From Rhizobacter sp. (GTDB lineage: Bacteria; Pseudomonadota; Gammaproteobacteria; Burkholderiales; Burkholderiaceae_C), in assembly GCA_018780185.1 (NCBI GenBank), contig JADMJX010000078.1, positions 1,007 through 65,006 on the forward strand: DNA of 64,000 nucleotides, read 5' to 3'. Below are positions 10,292 through 19,794 of the stretch, piece by piece. How positions within the stretch are numbered: the stretch's first letter is position 1; each line of letters starts with the position of its first letter. A model generated the notes under the pieces. It did no database searches and had not been told where the DNA came from. It worked only from the letters and a program-made list of their open reading frames with translations. Made by a program: the position numbers and the translations under genes.

Positions 10292-10687
10292 ATGCGTCAC
10301 CGTAACGGACTCCGCAAACTCAACCGCACCAGCGAGCATCGCCAAGCGATGCTGCGCAACATGTGCAATTCGCTGCTGCAGCACGAAGCGATCAAGACCA
10401 CGGTCCCCAAGGCCAAGGAGCTGCGCCGTGTTGTCGAGCCCCTGATCACGCTCGCCAAGGAAGCCACGCTGGCCAATCGCCGCCTGGCTTTCGACCGCAC
10501 CCGCGATCGCGACATCGTCACCAAGCTCTTCAACGAACTGGGCCCGCGCTACAAGGCGCGCCCGGGCGGCTACACCCGCATCCTGAAGATGGGCTTCCGT
10601 GTCGGCGACAACGCGCCCATGGCCTTCGTCGAGCTCGTCGACCGCCCTGAAGTGGCTGAAGAAGTGGTCGGCGACAAGGCCGAGTAA
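10292..10687 (+). CDS. rplQ: 50S ribosomal protein L17
   Basis: [24 protein letters not shown] is the canonical L17 start, at an internal ATG of ORF 10151-10687, preceded by AAAGGAA; the upstream part of that ORF is structured spacer. Confidence 0.93.
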   Translation: MRHRNGLRKLNRTSEHRQAMLRNMCNSLLQHEAIKTTVPKAKELRRVVEPLITLAKEATLANRRLAFDRTRDRDIVTKLFNELGPRYKARPGGYTRILKMGFRVGDNAPMAFVELVDRPEVAEEVVGDKAE

Positions 10688-10709
10688 GCCACACCGCTTC
10701 GAGTACGAG

Positions 10710-10732
10710 GGCCGGCGCAAGCCGGCCTTTTT
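10710..10732 (+). terminator. Rho-independent terminator after rplQ
   Basis: GGCCGGC-GCAA-GCCGGCC stem-loop followed by TTTTT. Confidence 0.7.
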
Positions 10733-10780
10733 ACTTGACGCCCTGGTTTTGATTAACCGTCACACGAAGCTGTTTCTCTC

Positions 10781-10809
10781 GTGACTTGAGAGCTACTCTC
10801 CGTTATACT
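10781..10809 (+). promoter_or_regulatory. Candidate promoter for tRNA-fMet
   Basis: GTGACT (10781-10786), 17-nt spacer, TATACT (10804-10809), 12 nt upstream of the mature tRNA 5' end. Confidence 0.35.
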
Positions 10810-10821
10810 TATAGGCTCAGT

Positions 10822-10898
<77 letters not shown>

Positions 10899-10921
10899 AG
10901 AATCACACGGCACAGACCGTC

Positions 10922-10951
10922 AAAAAAGCCAACCCTCGGGTTGGCTTTTTC
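10922..10951. terminator. Bidirectional rho-independent terminator (tRNA-fMet / BI-1 family gene)
   Basis: AAAAAGCCAACCC..GGGTTGGCTTTTT, with an A-tract on one side and a T-tract on the other, between convergent genes. Confidence 0.7.
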
Positions 10952-10967
10952 TTTGGGACGCAAGACT

Positions 10968-11666
10968 TCAGTCTTCGCGCGAGCCACCACCAATGCCCAG
11001 CAGCATGAGCAGCGACTGGAACACGTTGTACAGGCTCAAGTAGACGCCCAGCGTGGCGCTGATGTAGTTGGTTTCGTGACCGTCTTGCACGCGCTTGAGG
11101 TCGTACAGGATGAAGGCCGAGAAGATGCCGATGGCGAGCACCGCCAGGGTGATCATCAGCGCGCTGGACTGAAGGAACACGTTGGCGATACCGGCCACCA
11201 TCAGCATGATGGCGCCGATGAACAAGAACTTGCCCATCGAGCTCAAGTCGCGCTTGATGATCGACGACAGGGTGGCCATGCCCAGGAAGATGGCGCCCGT
11301 GCCGGCGAAGGCGGTCATGATCAGGCCCGCGCCGTTGCTGAGGCCCAGCACCGAGCCCACCAGCCGCGACAGCATCAGCCCCATGAAGAAGGTGAAGGCC
11401 AGCAGCATGGGCACGCCCGCGGCCGAGTTCTTGGTCTTTTCGATGGCGAACATGAAGCCGAAGGCGCCGACGAGAAACACCACCAGGCTCACGCCCGGGG
11501 ACATCACGCGGAAGAGGCCTGTGCTCACCCCGACCCAGGCGCCCAGCACGGTGGGCACCATTGAGAGCGCGAGCAACCAGTAGGTGTTGCGCAGGACCCG
11601 GTTGCGCTGGACGGCGACCGATTGGCCGAGCGCGTCGGTTTGATAACTGTTGAGGCCTTGGTTCAT
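10968..11666 (-). CDS. Bax inhibitor-1/YccA family membrane protein
   Basis: 232 aa, about 7 TM, N-terminal ...RNRVLRNTYWLLALSM... typical of the BI-1/YccA family; start overlaps the TerC stop (ATGA). Confidence 0.85.
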   Translation of the reverse strand: MNQGLNSYQTDALGQSVAVQRNRVLRNTYWLLALSMVPTVLGAWVGVSTGLFRVMSPGVSLVVFLVGAFGFMFAIEKTKNSAAGVPMLLAFTFFMGLMLSRLVGSVLGLSNGAGLIMTAFAGTGAIFLGMATLSSIIKRDLSSMGKFLFIGAIMLMVAGIANVFLQSSALMITLAVLAIGIFSAFILYDLKRVQDGHETNYISATLGVYLSLYNVFQSLLMLLGIGGGSRED

Positions 11667-12472
11667 GACGATGATTCCTTTGCTTGGGTTGTTGCGTGAC
11701 TGACGGGTGAAGCGGGTTCGGCGGGCAAGTTCTTTCTGGCGATGCGCTTGCCGCGGGCGCGGATGTTGATGGCTTCGACCGCGAGTGAGAACGCCATCGC
11801 CGCGTAGATGTAGCCCTTGGGCACGTGCATTTCGAAGGCTTCGGCGGTGAGCGCCATGCCCACCATCACGAGGAAGGCGAGCGCCAGCACCTTGACCGAC
11901 GGGTGACGGTCGACAAATTCGCCGATCGGCTTGGCGGCGACCAGCATCACGCCCACCGAGGTGACCACCGCCGCGACCATGACGCCGATCTGGTCGACCA
12001 TGCCGACCGCGGTGATCACCGAGTCGAGCGAGAACACGATGTCGATGATCGCGATCTGGCCGATGATTCCCCAGAAGAGCCGGTTGCCGGCGGCCTTGAG
12101 GGCTGCGGCGTCGGTCGATGGGGGGCCGGTGTCTTCGGGGGCTTCGACTTCCATGAAGATCTCGTGCGAGGCCTTGTAGAGCAGGAAGAGGCCACCAAAG
12201 AGCAGCACCAGGTCACGCCCGCTGATGCCTTGGCCGAACACGTTGAACAGGTCGGCCTTGAGGCCCATCACCCAGCTGAGCGAAAACAGCAGGAGCAGCC
12301 GCGAGACCATGGCGAAGCCGAGGCCGAGGCGGCGCGCCTTGTCGCGCACGTCGGCAGGCAGCCGGCTGACCAGGATGGAGATGAAGATGATGTTGTCCAC
12401 GCCCAGGACGATCTCCAGGGCGGTGAGCATGGCGAAAGCAATCCAGATGTTGGGGTCGAGTAGGAATTCCAT
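11663..12472 (-). CDS. TerC family integral membrane protein
   Basis: MEFLLDPNIWIAFAMLTALEIVLGVDNIIFISILV and a second DSVITAVGM repeat, typical of TerC. Confidence 0.85.
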   Translation of the reverse strand: MEFLLDPNIWIAFAMLTALEIVLGVDNIIFISILVSRLPADVRDKARRLGLGFAMVSRLLLLFSLSWVMGLKADLFNVFGQGISGRDLVLLFGGLFLLYKASHEIFMEVEAPEDTGPPSTDAAALKAAGNRLFWGIIGQIAIIDIVFSLDSVITAVGMVDQIGVMVAAVVTSVGVMLVAAKPIGEFVDRHPSVKVLALAFLVMVGMALTAEAFEMHVPKGYIYAAMAFSLAVEAINIRARGKRIARKNLPAEPASPVSHATTQAKESSS

Positions 12473-12553
12473 GGAGATTGGGCAGGGCGTGGCGCTTGAC
12501 GCACACGATCGGTTCAGAAGAACACGGGGTGCCGCGTGTTCACGCGGCGAGGC

Positions 12554-12907
12554 TCAGGCGACGAAGGGTGTCGCGCAGGGAGGGCGCTGCGGCCCGTCCA
12601 GATACGGTGGCGTCAGGCTGGCCGAGGCATATGGTTCAGGCCTCGTCATCGTGAGCGCAGGGGTATGGGCGCTGGGGCCCACCAGGAAGAGGCCGAGCTG
12701 ATCGGCGAGGGTTTCGGCTTGGGCCTGCGCAGGCTGGCCGTCGATCGGGCGCTCGCTGTCGGAGCCCTTCGGCTGGGCGTCTGCGCTCAGCTGAACGCAG
12801 TCAGGGCCACTGCCGACCGAAGAAAACATGGTCGCGCCGTCGTGAGTGGCAATGCCAGTCCAGGCGAGAGCCAAAGCAAGAAAAAAGGCGACAGCCCGCA
12901 ACAACAT
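12554..12907 (-). CDS. Hypothetical small exported protein
   Basis: Internal ATG gives signal-peptide-like MLLRAVAFFLALALAWTG; mostly G/C-ending codons; no family recognised; same strand as the Trx-like and TerC genes. Confidence 0.35.
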   Translation of the reverse strand: MLLRAVAFFLALALAWTGIATHDGATMFSSVGSGPDCVQLSADAQPKGSDSERPIDGQPAQAQAETLADQLGLFLVGPSAHTPALTMTRPEPYASASLTPPYLDGPQRPPCATPFVA

Positions 12908-12975
12908 GATGGGGCGATTGTAGAGGCGGCGGCAAATCCCCGGCGCCACCGCGTGGGCTGGCGACGCCGGCGCAC

Positions 12976-13329
12976 TCAGCGGTGCCACAGGCGCTGTGCA
13001 AGTGCTTGCACCTGCGCATCGGTCAGCAATGCCGGCGGGGCTTCGGCGTTTGCGCGCAGCAGGCGAACCAGCGTCTCCTTGTGTGGCATCAGCGGCCCGT
13101 AAAAATGGGCGCCTTCGGCGGTGGCGATCAACAGCGTGGGGAAATTTTCCACCTCGACCGGGTCGACCAGCGCGGCCTCGTCTTCGATATCGACCCAGAC
13201 AAAGTCAAAATCCGGGAAGGTGGCCGCGACCTGATCGAACAGGCTGCGGTACTCGCGGCAGCTGCCACACCATTGGGCGCAGAGGCAGGCCACGAACAGC
13301 GGAGTGGGAGCGGTCGGTGCAGGCATCAA
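12976..13329 (-). CDS. Thioredoxin-fold protein (CxxC)
   Basis: 117 aa with FVACLCAQWCGSCREY (WCGSC active-site-like) and FPTLL, typical of the thioredoxin fold. Confidence 0.75.
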   Translation of the reverse strand: MMPAPTAPTPLFVACLCAQWCGSCREYRSLFDQVAATFPDFDFVWVDIEDEAALVDPVEVENFPTLLIATAEGAHFYGPLMPHKETLVRLLRANAEAPPALLTDAQVQALAQRLWHR

Positions 13330-13490
13330 ACTCCATCATCTCAAACCTCGGTGCTGCAACATGTTGAGCCCTTGCAGTGCCCATCGGTCACACTCACGTT
13401 TTTGCGCGCCCCAGAGTCAGAGCCTTGCATGCCCAAACTGCCGTCAACGACCGCACCCAAGCCCCGGGCCATGATGGCTGGAGTGTCTGA

Positions 13491-13886
13491 ATGAGCTTCG
13501 CCCCCGAAGAGCTGTTTGCTGCCGCGATTGCTGCGGTGGCTTTTCTCGCTGGGATCCTGTTCTGGCGTGCGCGTGCCAAACGCACCCGCAGCGTCGGCCT
13601 GCGGGTGGACGCCGGGCCGGCGAACCTGCGCTTCACGTGCGCGGGCTGCTCGGGCAAGTTCACCCACTCACGTCGCACCATCAGTGCCTGGGAGAAGGGC
13701 GGTCGCAGCTTCTTCTGCAATGCCTGCCACACCAAATGGCAGTCGACGCACGCCTCCTCGGGCCATGGGCGCGGTGCACGCATCATCACCGGGGAGCGCC
13801 CTGCGAAGAGTGGCTGCCTCGGGGTGTTCGTGGTGTTACTGGCCATTCCGGCGGTGCTGGCTCTCGCTGTGCTGCAATACGCCTGA
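13491..13886 (+). CDS. Hypothetical membrane protein with zinc-ribbon (CxxC...CxxC)
   Basis: N- and C-terminal hydrophobic helices flank FTCAGCSGKF...FFCNACHTKW; G/C-rich third positions support coding. Confidence 0.5.
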   Translation: MSFAPEELFAAAIAAVAFLAGILFWRARAKRTRSVGLRVDAGPANLRFTCAGCSGKFTHSRRTISAWEKGGRSFFCNACHTKWQSTHASSGHGRGARIITGERPAKSGCLGVFVVLLAIPAVLALAVLQYA

Positions 13887-13929
13887 TTTCGCCGCTTCGC
13901 GGCATCGCACCCCTCAGGAGAACAACACC

Positions 13930-14151
13930 ATGAATCCCATCAAGATTGTCGGCGCGGTACTGATTGCAGCCGGCGTGCTGGGCCTGATCTACGGCGGCTT
14001 CAGCTTCACCAAGGCCACACACGACATCAAGCTCGGGCCGATCGAGTTGTCGGTGAAAGAAAAGGAATCGGTCAACGTGCCGATGTGGGCCGGTGTGGGC
14101 GCCATCGTGGCTGGCGCCGCGCTGCTCTTGTTTGGCGGCAAGAAGGGTTAA
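13930..14151 (+). CDS. Small two-TM membrane protein (73 aa), conserved-looking hypothetical
   Basis: Internal ATG of ORF 13516-14151, preceded by AGGAGA; MNPIKIVGAVLIAAGVLGLIYGGFSFTK...WAGVGAIVAGAALLLFGGKKG. Confidence 0.6.
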   Translation: MNPIKIVGAVLIAAGVLGLIYGGFSFTKATHDIKLGPIELSVKEKESVNVPMWAGVGAIVAGAALLLFGGKKG

Positions 14152-14207
14152 GCGCCCGGCAACGACGGCCTGCGCGCGGCAGGCCGTCGAGGCAACGCGA
14201 AGCCGGC

Positions 14208-15641
14208 TTACAGCCCGACCTGGGTGATGAACTTGCTGTTCAGGTAGGCGTTGATGGCCTCGCTGCCGCCTTCGGTGCCGTAGCCCGAGTCCTTGATGCC
14301 GCCGAAGGGCACCTCGGGCAGGGCCAGGCCGAAGTGGTTGATCGACACCATGCCGCTCTCGATGGCCGCGCCGATGGCCGAGGCCGTCTTCAACGACCTG
14401 GTGAACGCATACGCCGCCAGGCCATAGGGCAGGCGGTTGGACTCGGCCACCACGTCGTCGAAGCTCTTGAACGGCATCACCACCGCCAGCGGCCCGAAGG
14501 GCTCTTCGCTCATCACGCGTGCGTTGGCCGGCACGTGGGTCAACACGGTGGGTTCGAAGAAATAACCGTCGGTGCCGATGCGCTTGCCGCCGAGTGCGAG
14601 CTTGGCGCCCTTGCCCACGGCGTCGTCGACGAACATCTGCATCGCTTCGACACGCCGGCTGTTGGCCAGCGGGCCCATGCGGGTGTCCTTGTTCATGCCG
14701 TCGCCCACCTTCACGCCCGATGCGGTGGCGACGAAGCCGTCGACGAACTTGTCGTACACCGACTCCTGCACCAGGAAGCGCGTGGGCGACACACACACCT
14801 GGCCGGCGTTGCGGAACTTGGCGATCGCCAGCATCTTGGCGGCCGCCGCGACGTCGGCGTCTTCGAACACGATGGCCGGTGCGTGGCCGCCCAGCTCCAT
14901 GGTGATGCGCTTCATGTGCTGGCCGGCGAGCGCTGCGAGCTTCTTGCCCACCGGTGTGGAGCCGGTGAAGGTGATCTTGCGCACGATGGGGTGGGGGATC
15001 AGGTACTCGGAGATCTCCGAGGGCACGCCAAACACCAGGTTCACCACACCGGCCGGCACACCGGCGTCGGCATACGCGCGCACCAGCGCCGCGCAGCTGG
15101 CCGGGGTTTCTTCCGGGCCTTTCAAGATGACCGAGCAGCCGGCGGCCAGCGCGGCAGACACCTTGCGCACCGCCTGGTTGATCGGGAAGTTCCATGGCGT
15201 GAACGCCGCCACCACACCGACCGGCTCCTTGATCACCAGCTGGCTCACGCCATCGGCGCGCGGCGGCACGATCTGGCCGTAGGTGCGGCGTGCCTCTTCG
15301 GCAAACCAGTCGATCAGGTCGCCGGCCGAGGCCGCCTCGGCCTTGGCTTCGGCCAGCGGCTTGCCTTGCTCCAAGGTCATCAGCTCGCCGATCTCGGCGG
15401 CGCGCTCGCGCATCAGGTCAGCAGCGCGGCGCAGGATCTTGTAGCGATCGAAGGCAGACACCGCACGCCATTGTTTGAAGCCCTTGTCGGCCGCAGCGAG
15501 CGCGCGGTCGAGGTCGGCGGTGCCGGCGTGCGCCAGGCGGGCGAGCGTCTTGCCGGTCGCCGGGTTGATGATGGGTTCGCTCTTGCCGCTGGTGCCGGTG
15601 GTCCATTCACCGTCGATGAAGAGGGATACGTCTGTGTACAT
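14208..15641 (-). CDS. NAD(P)-dependent aldehyde dehydrogenase (succinate-semialdehyde dehydrogenase-like)
   Basis: 477 aa from [13 protein letters not shown] (AAGGA upstream); catalytic motifs ELGGHAP and [13 protein letters not shown]. Confidence 0.9.
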   Translation of the reverse strand: MYTDVSLFIDGEWTTGTSGKSEPIINPATGKTLARLAHAGTADLDRALAAADKGFKQWRAVSAFDRYKILRRAADLMRERAAEIGELMTLEQGKPLAEAKAEAASAGDLIDWFAEEARRTYGQIVPPRADGVSQLVIKEPVGVVAAFTPWNFPINQAVRKVSAALAAGCSVILKGPEETPASCAALVRAYADAGVPAGVVNLVFGVPSEISEYLIPHPIVRKITFTGSTPVGKKLAALAGQHMKRITMELGGHAPAIVFEDADVAAAAKMLAIAKFRNAGQVCVSPTRFLVQESVYDKFVDGFVATASGVKVGDGMNKDTRMGPLANSRRVEAMQMFVDDAVGKGAKLALGGKRIGTDGYFFEPTVLTHVPANARVMSEEPFGPLAVVMPFKSFDDVVAESNRLPYGLAAYAFTRSLKTASAIGAAIESGMVSINHFGLALPEVPFGGIKDSGYGTEGGSEAINAYLNSKFITQVGL

Positions 15642-15782
15642 GGGGTGGTCGTCCTTGCTGGTCTGGCCGAGGGGAGGGGCTGCGGGCGCAGCGCGCTGAC
15701 GACATTGTTCCCGCGATCGGACGACCGCGTTGTCGCCCACGTTTCTCCCACCCTGCGGAACCGCGGCGCCTGCCGCAGCCGA

Positions 15783-16217
15783 TCAGTTCGAGCGGGCCGG
15801 CGGCACCGGTTTGCCCGGCGCGCGGGTGGTCGGTGCAGGCGAGGAGCTGGATTCGGCCGGAGCGGGCGCTGGTGGCTCGGGTGTGGCCGGCACCTCTTGC
15901 CAAGCCGAGGGGCACGAGGTGACGTAGGGGTAGTACATCTGCGCCTCGCGGCAGTAGTACCAGGAATGGCTTTGCTGCGCGGCGCTGGGCACGAACACCG
16001 GCTCGACGGGCGTCTGCACGATCACGGGCCGCTCGAAGACATACGGGTAGTAGCCATAGCCGAACGGGATGCCCCACCAGAACGGGCCGCCGACCCACAC
16101 GTTCACGCGCGCACGCGGGCGGGCTTCGGCTTCGTCGGTGACGGCCACCAGCCCCAGCCCGACGACGGAGGCGATGACGACGGCCAGCAGGCCTGGGGTC
16201 AGGTGTTTGTGCTTCAT
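15783..16217 (-). CDS. Hypothetical exported protein (Tyr/Pro-rich, WYYC...YYPYV..CP motif)
   Basis: Signal peptide MKHKHLTPGLLAVVIASVVGLGL; GAGGAA SD; Pro-rich C-terminus. Confidence 0.6.
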   Translation of the reverse strand: MKHKHLTPGLLAVVIASVVGLGLVAVTDEAEARPRARVNVWVGGPFWWGIPFGYGYYPYVFERPVIVQTPVEPVFVPSAAQQSHSWYYCREAQMYYPYVTSCPSAWQEVPATPEPPAPAPAESSSSPAPTTRAPGKPVPPARSN

Positions 16218-16235
16218 GGCAGTTTCCTCAAAGAC

Positions 16236-16760
16236 TCACTGGCGTACCGGCGGCGGAGGCTGGATGCCCGCGGGCGGGCGCGGTGGCGCGGGCGGGACAG
16301 GTGCTGGTGCGCTGCGGTAACCGGCATAGCCCATGCCAGGCACCTGGTTGCCCTTGGCATACATGCACTGTTGGTAGGCGATGTCGTAGCGGCGCTGCGC
16401 ACCGTAGGCGGTGTGCGAGCTCTGGTCCGACCCAACGGCGGCTCCGGTGATGCCACCCACGGCGGCGCCGACCCCAGCGCCACTGTGCCCGCCACCCGCC
16501 ATGGCGCCAACGGCTGCGCCGAGCACTGCACCGGTCGCGGTGGCACCCACAAAGCGTTGGTTGGCGGCCTCGCTGTTCTGGCTGCCCGATGAGCTCATGG
16601 CCCAGTCGCGGCACAGGCGGTCGTCGGCCACGAACACTTCAAACGGTTTGTTGGGGCCGGGCATCACCGTGACGGTGGGGCCGGTGGGCATCTGGGCGCA
16701 GCCTGCCAAGGCCAGCAGGCCCAGCACGCCAGACGGGAGCAGCAGGTGTCGAGTGTTCAT
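16236..16760 (-). CDS. Glycine-zipper lipoprotein
   Basis: Lipobox LALAGC after MNTRHLL (GAGGAAG SD); Gly/Ala zipper GAVLGAAVGAMAGGGHSGAGVGAAVGGITGAAVG. Confidence 0.7.
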   Translation of the reverse strand: MNTRHLLLPSGVLGLLALAGCAQMPTGPTVTVMPGPNKPFEVFVADDRLCRDWAMSSSGSQNSEAANQRFVGATATGAVLGAAVGAMAGGGHSGAGVGAAVGGITGAAVGSDQSSHTAYGAQRRYDIAYQQCMYAKGNQVPGMGYAGYRSAPAPVPPAPPRPPAGIQPPPPVRQ

Positions 16761-17002
16761 GGCTTCCTCGGGCACAGGGAGTAACTGAAAACAACGGCGG
16801 GTGAGTGGCCGGCGTTGACGTCTTTACATTGCATCGGCCTTGGAGGCTCACCGCCCGGTGAACGTTCCGATCTTCACGCGGCACATGAGCTTGATCGCAT
16901 TTCGCATAAGGCGCAGAGCAAGTAAGCATCCACCGATTCATTCGTTCTCTCGCAGGGCGGGTCTTTCTAGCATGCACGGCATCCCGCAACGAAAGACAGC
17001 TC

Positions 17003-18022
17003 ATGAGCCTCTCCCGCAGCCTGCGCACCGTCATGGCCGCCACCGCCCTCGGCGTGGCCGCCGGTGCCACACCCGCCAAAGACATCACCCTGCTCAACGT
17101 GTCGTACGACCCGACGCGCGAGCTCTACCAGGAGTACAACGCGGCGTTTGCCAAACACTGGAAGGCCAAGACCGGCGACACCGTGACGGTGAAGCAGTCG
17201 CACGGAGGCTCGGGCAAGCAGGCCCGCTCGGTGATCGACGGCATCGACGCCGACGTGACCACCCTGGCGCTGGCCTACGACATCGACGAGATCGCTGCGC
17301 GCGGCAAGCTGCTCGCCCCGGGCTGGCAAAAACGCCTCCAGCACAACAGCGCGCCCTACACCTCGACCTACATCTTCCTGGTGCGCAAGGGCAACCCGAA
17401 AGGCATCAAGGACTGGGGCGACCTGGTCAAGCCGGGTGTGTCTGTGATCACCGCCAACCCCAAGACCTCGGGCGGCGCACGCTGGGGTTACCTGGCCGCC
17501 TACGGCTGGGCGCTCAAGCAACCCGGCGGCAACGACGCCAAGGCCCGCGAGTACATCACCCGGCTGTTCCAGAACGTACCGGTGCTCGACTCGGGCGCCC
17601 GCGGGTCGACCGTCACCTTCGCCGAGCGCGGGCAGGGTGACGTGCTGCTGGCCTGGGAAAACGAAGCCCACTTGTCGCTGAAGGAATTTGGCGCCGGCAA
17701 GTTCGACATCGTCTACCCCCCGAGCAGCATCCTGGCCGAGCCGCCGGTGGCCGTGGTCGACAAGGTGGTCGACAAACGCGGTACCCGCGACGTGGCCACC
17801 GCCTACCTGGAGTACCTGTACAGCCCCGAAGGCCAGGAGATCGCCGCGCGCAACTTCTACCGCCCGACCGACGCCAAGGTGGCGGCCAGATACGCCAGGC
17901 AGTTCCCCGCGGTCAAGCTCTACACGATCGACGAGGTGTTTGGCGGCTGGACCCAGGCGCAGAAGACCCACTTCGCCGACGGCGGCGTGTTCGACCAGAT
18001 CTACACCACCGGCAAGAAGTGA
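17003..18022 (+). CDS. sbp: Sulfate/thiosulfate ABC transporter substrate-binding protein
   Basis: 339 aa with signal peptide; sequence is Sbp/CysP-like ([13 protein letters not shown]..., [14 protein letters not shown]); followed by cysTWA. Confidence 0.92.
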   Translation: MSLSRSLRTVMAATALGVAAGATPAKDITLLNVSYDPTRELYQEYNAAFAKHWKAKTGDTVTVKQSHGGSGKQARSVIDGIDADVTTLALAYDIDEIAARGKLLAPGWQKRLQHNSAPYTSTYIFLVRKGNPKGIKDWGDLVKPGVSVITANPKTSGGARWGYLAAYGWALKQPGGNDAKAREYITRLFQNVPVLDSGARGSTVTFAERGQGDVLLAWENEAHLSLKEFGAGKFDIVYPPSSILAEPPVAVVDKVVDKRGTRDVATAYLEYLYSPEGQEIAARNFYRPTDAKVAARYARQFPAVKLYTIDEVFGGWTQAQKTHFADGGVFDQIYTTGKK

Positions 18023-18043
18023 TCGGCGGCGATTGCACACCCG

Positions 18044-18877
18044 ATGTTTTTCTCACGCGCCCTGCTGCGCCGGCACAGCGTGCTGCCCGGCTTCGACCTG
18101 GCCCTCGGCTTCACGTTGCTGTACCTCAGCTTCATCGTGTTGATCCCGCTGTCGGCCGCGTTCCTCAAGACCTTCACCATGACCTGGCCGGCCTTCTGGG
18201 AGGCCGTGGCCTCGCCGCGTGTGGTGGCCTCGTACCGGCTCACGTTTGGCGCGTCGTTTCTGGCGGCGCTGGTCAATGCCTTCTTCGGCTTGATCATCGC
18301 GTGGGTGCTGGTGCGGTATGAGTTCCCGTTCAAGCGGGTGATCGACGCGCTGGTCGACCTGCCGTTCGCGCTGCCCACGGCCGTGGCCGGCATTGCGCTC
18401 ACCGCGCTCTACTCGGGCAACGGCTGGATCGGCCAGTACCTGCCCTTCAAGGTGAGCTTCACGCCAGTGGGTGTGTTCGTCGCGCTCACCTTCATCGGCC
18501 TGCCGTTTGTCGTGCGCACGCTGCAGCCAGTGCTCGAAGACATGCAGAAGGAGCTGGAAGAAGCCGCCGCCACACTGGGCGCCACCCGCTGGCAGACCTT
18601 CACGCGGGTGATCTTCCCGATCATCTCGCCGGCGTTGTTGACGGGCTTTGCACTCGCCTTCGCACGCGCGCTGGGCGAGTACGGCTCGGTGATCTTCATT
18701 GCCGGCAACATGCCGATGGTGTCGGAGATCACGCCGCTCCTCATCATCACCAAGCTGGAGCAGTACGACTACACCGGCGCCACCGCGATTGCCGTGGTGA
18801 TGCTGCTGGCCGCCTTCGTGATGCTGCTGACCATCAACATGCTGCAGGCCTGGACGCGCAAGCGGCAGGGGCGTTGA
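18044..18877 (+). CDS. cysT: Sulfate ABC transporter permease CysT
   Basis: 277-aa polytopic permease, CysT-like sequence; operon context. Confidence 0.92.
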   Translation: MFFSRALLRRHSVLPGFDLALGFTLLYLSFIVLIPLSAAFLKTFTMTWPAFWEAVASPRVVASYRLTFGASFLAALVNAFFGLIIAWVLVRYEFPFKRVIDALVDLPFALPTAVAGIALTALYSGNGWIGQYLPFKVSFTPVGVFVALTFIGLPFVVRTLQPVLEDMQKELEEAAATLGATRWQTFTRVIFPIISPALLTGFALAFARALGEYGSVIFIAGNMPMVSEITPLLIITKLEQYDYTGATAIAVVMLLAAFVMLLTINMLQAWTRKRQGR

Positions 18878-18878
18878 G

Positions 18879-19784
18879 ATGAGCGCACTTCCCCTCAACA
18901 ACGGCCTGACGAACACCCGAAGCGCCCCGGTGCGCAACGCACTCGCCGCCACCGCCGAGCCGGCGTGGGTGCGGCGCACGCTGATCGGCATCACGCTCGC
19001 GTTCCTCACGCTGTTTCTCTTCGTGCCCTTGTTCGCGGTGTTCTTCGAAGCGTTCAAGAAAGGCCTCGACGTTTACCTCGCCGCCATCACCGAAGCCGAC
19101 GCCCGCTCGGCCATCTGGCTCACGCTGCTGGCGGCAGGCATCTCGGTGCCGCTCAACCTGACCTTTGGTGTGGCCGCGGCCTGGTGCATTGCCAAGTTCG
19201 ACTTCCGCGGCAAGAACGTGCTGCTCACGTTGATCGACCTGCCGTTCTCGGTGTCACCGGTGATCTCGGGCCTGATCTACGTGCTGATCTTCGGTCTGCA
19301 AGGCTGGTTCGGCGAATGGCTGCGTGACCACGACATGAAGGTGATCTTTGCGCTGCCGGGCATCGTGCTGGCCACGGTGTTCGTCACCTTCCCCTTCGTC
19401 GCGCGCGAGCTGATCCCGCTGATGCAGGCGCAGGGGCTGGAGCAAGAGGAAGCCGCGCGTGTGCTGGGCGCTTCAGGTTGGCAGATCTTCTGGCGCGTGA
19501 CGCTGCCCAACGTGAAGTGGGCGCTGCTCTACGGCGTGATCCTGTGCAACGCGCGGGCCATGGGCGAGTTTGGTGCGGTGTCAGTGGTGTCGGGCCACAT
19601 CCGCGGGCAGACCAACACCATGCCGCTGCACATCGAGATTCTGTACAACGAGTACCAGTTCGCGGCGGCCTTTGCGGTGGCTTCGCTGTTGGCCGGCCTG
19701 GCCTTGGTGACACTGGTGTTGAAGTACTTGGTTGAACAGCGGGTGAAGTCGCAAAAGCGCGAAGCCGGCGGAAGAAACGAATGA
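18879..19784 (+). CDS. cysW: Sulfate ABC transporter permease CysW
   Basis: 301-aa permease, CysW-like; start 1 nt after the cysT stop. Confidence 0.92.
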   Translation: MSALPLNNGLTNTRSAPVRNALAATAEPAWVRRTLIGITLAFLTLFLFVPLFAVFFEAFKKGLDVYLAAITEADARSAIWLTLLAAGISVPLNLTFGVAAAWCIAKFDFRGKNVLLTLIDLPFSVSPVISGLIYVLIFGLQGWFGEWLRDHDMKVIFALPGIVLATVFVTFPFVARELIPLMQAQGLEQEEAARVLGASGWQIFWRVTLPNVKWALLYGVILCNARAMGEFGAVSVVSGHIRGQTNTMPLHIEILYNEYQFAAAFAVASLLAGLALVTLVLKYLVEQRVKSQKREAGGRNE

Positions 19785-19794
19785 AAGACCTGCC

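Noticed and set aside
12473-12553. Looked for a yybP-ykoY Mn riboswitch upstream of the TerC-family gene.
   Set aside because: Only about 80 nt are available, and they contain a single simple hairpin (GCCGCGTG..CACGCGGC) that looks like the end of the upstream ORF. I could not see the four-helix architecture or the conserved loops of that riboswitch.
16776-17002. Attempted to call the sbp promoter and CysB-binding sites. The same was tried for the cysB-yajC intergenic region (26884-27138), which has an AT-richer patch and a TACAAT at 27071-27076, and for the TACAAT at 45279-45284 upstream of fba.
   Set aside because: Only isolated -10-like hexamers are present, with no convincing -35 element at proper spacing and no clear LysR T-N11-A dyad. 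This is too weak to annotate without TSS data.
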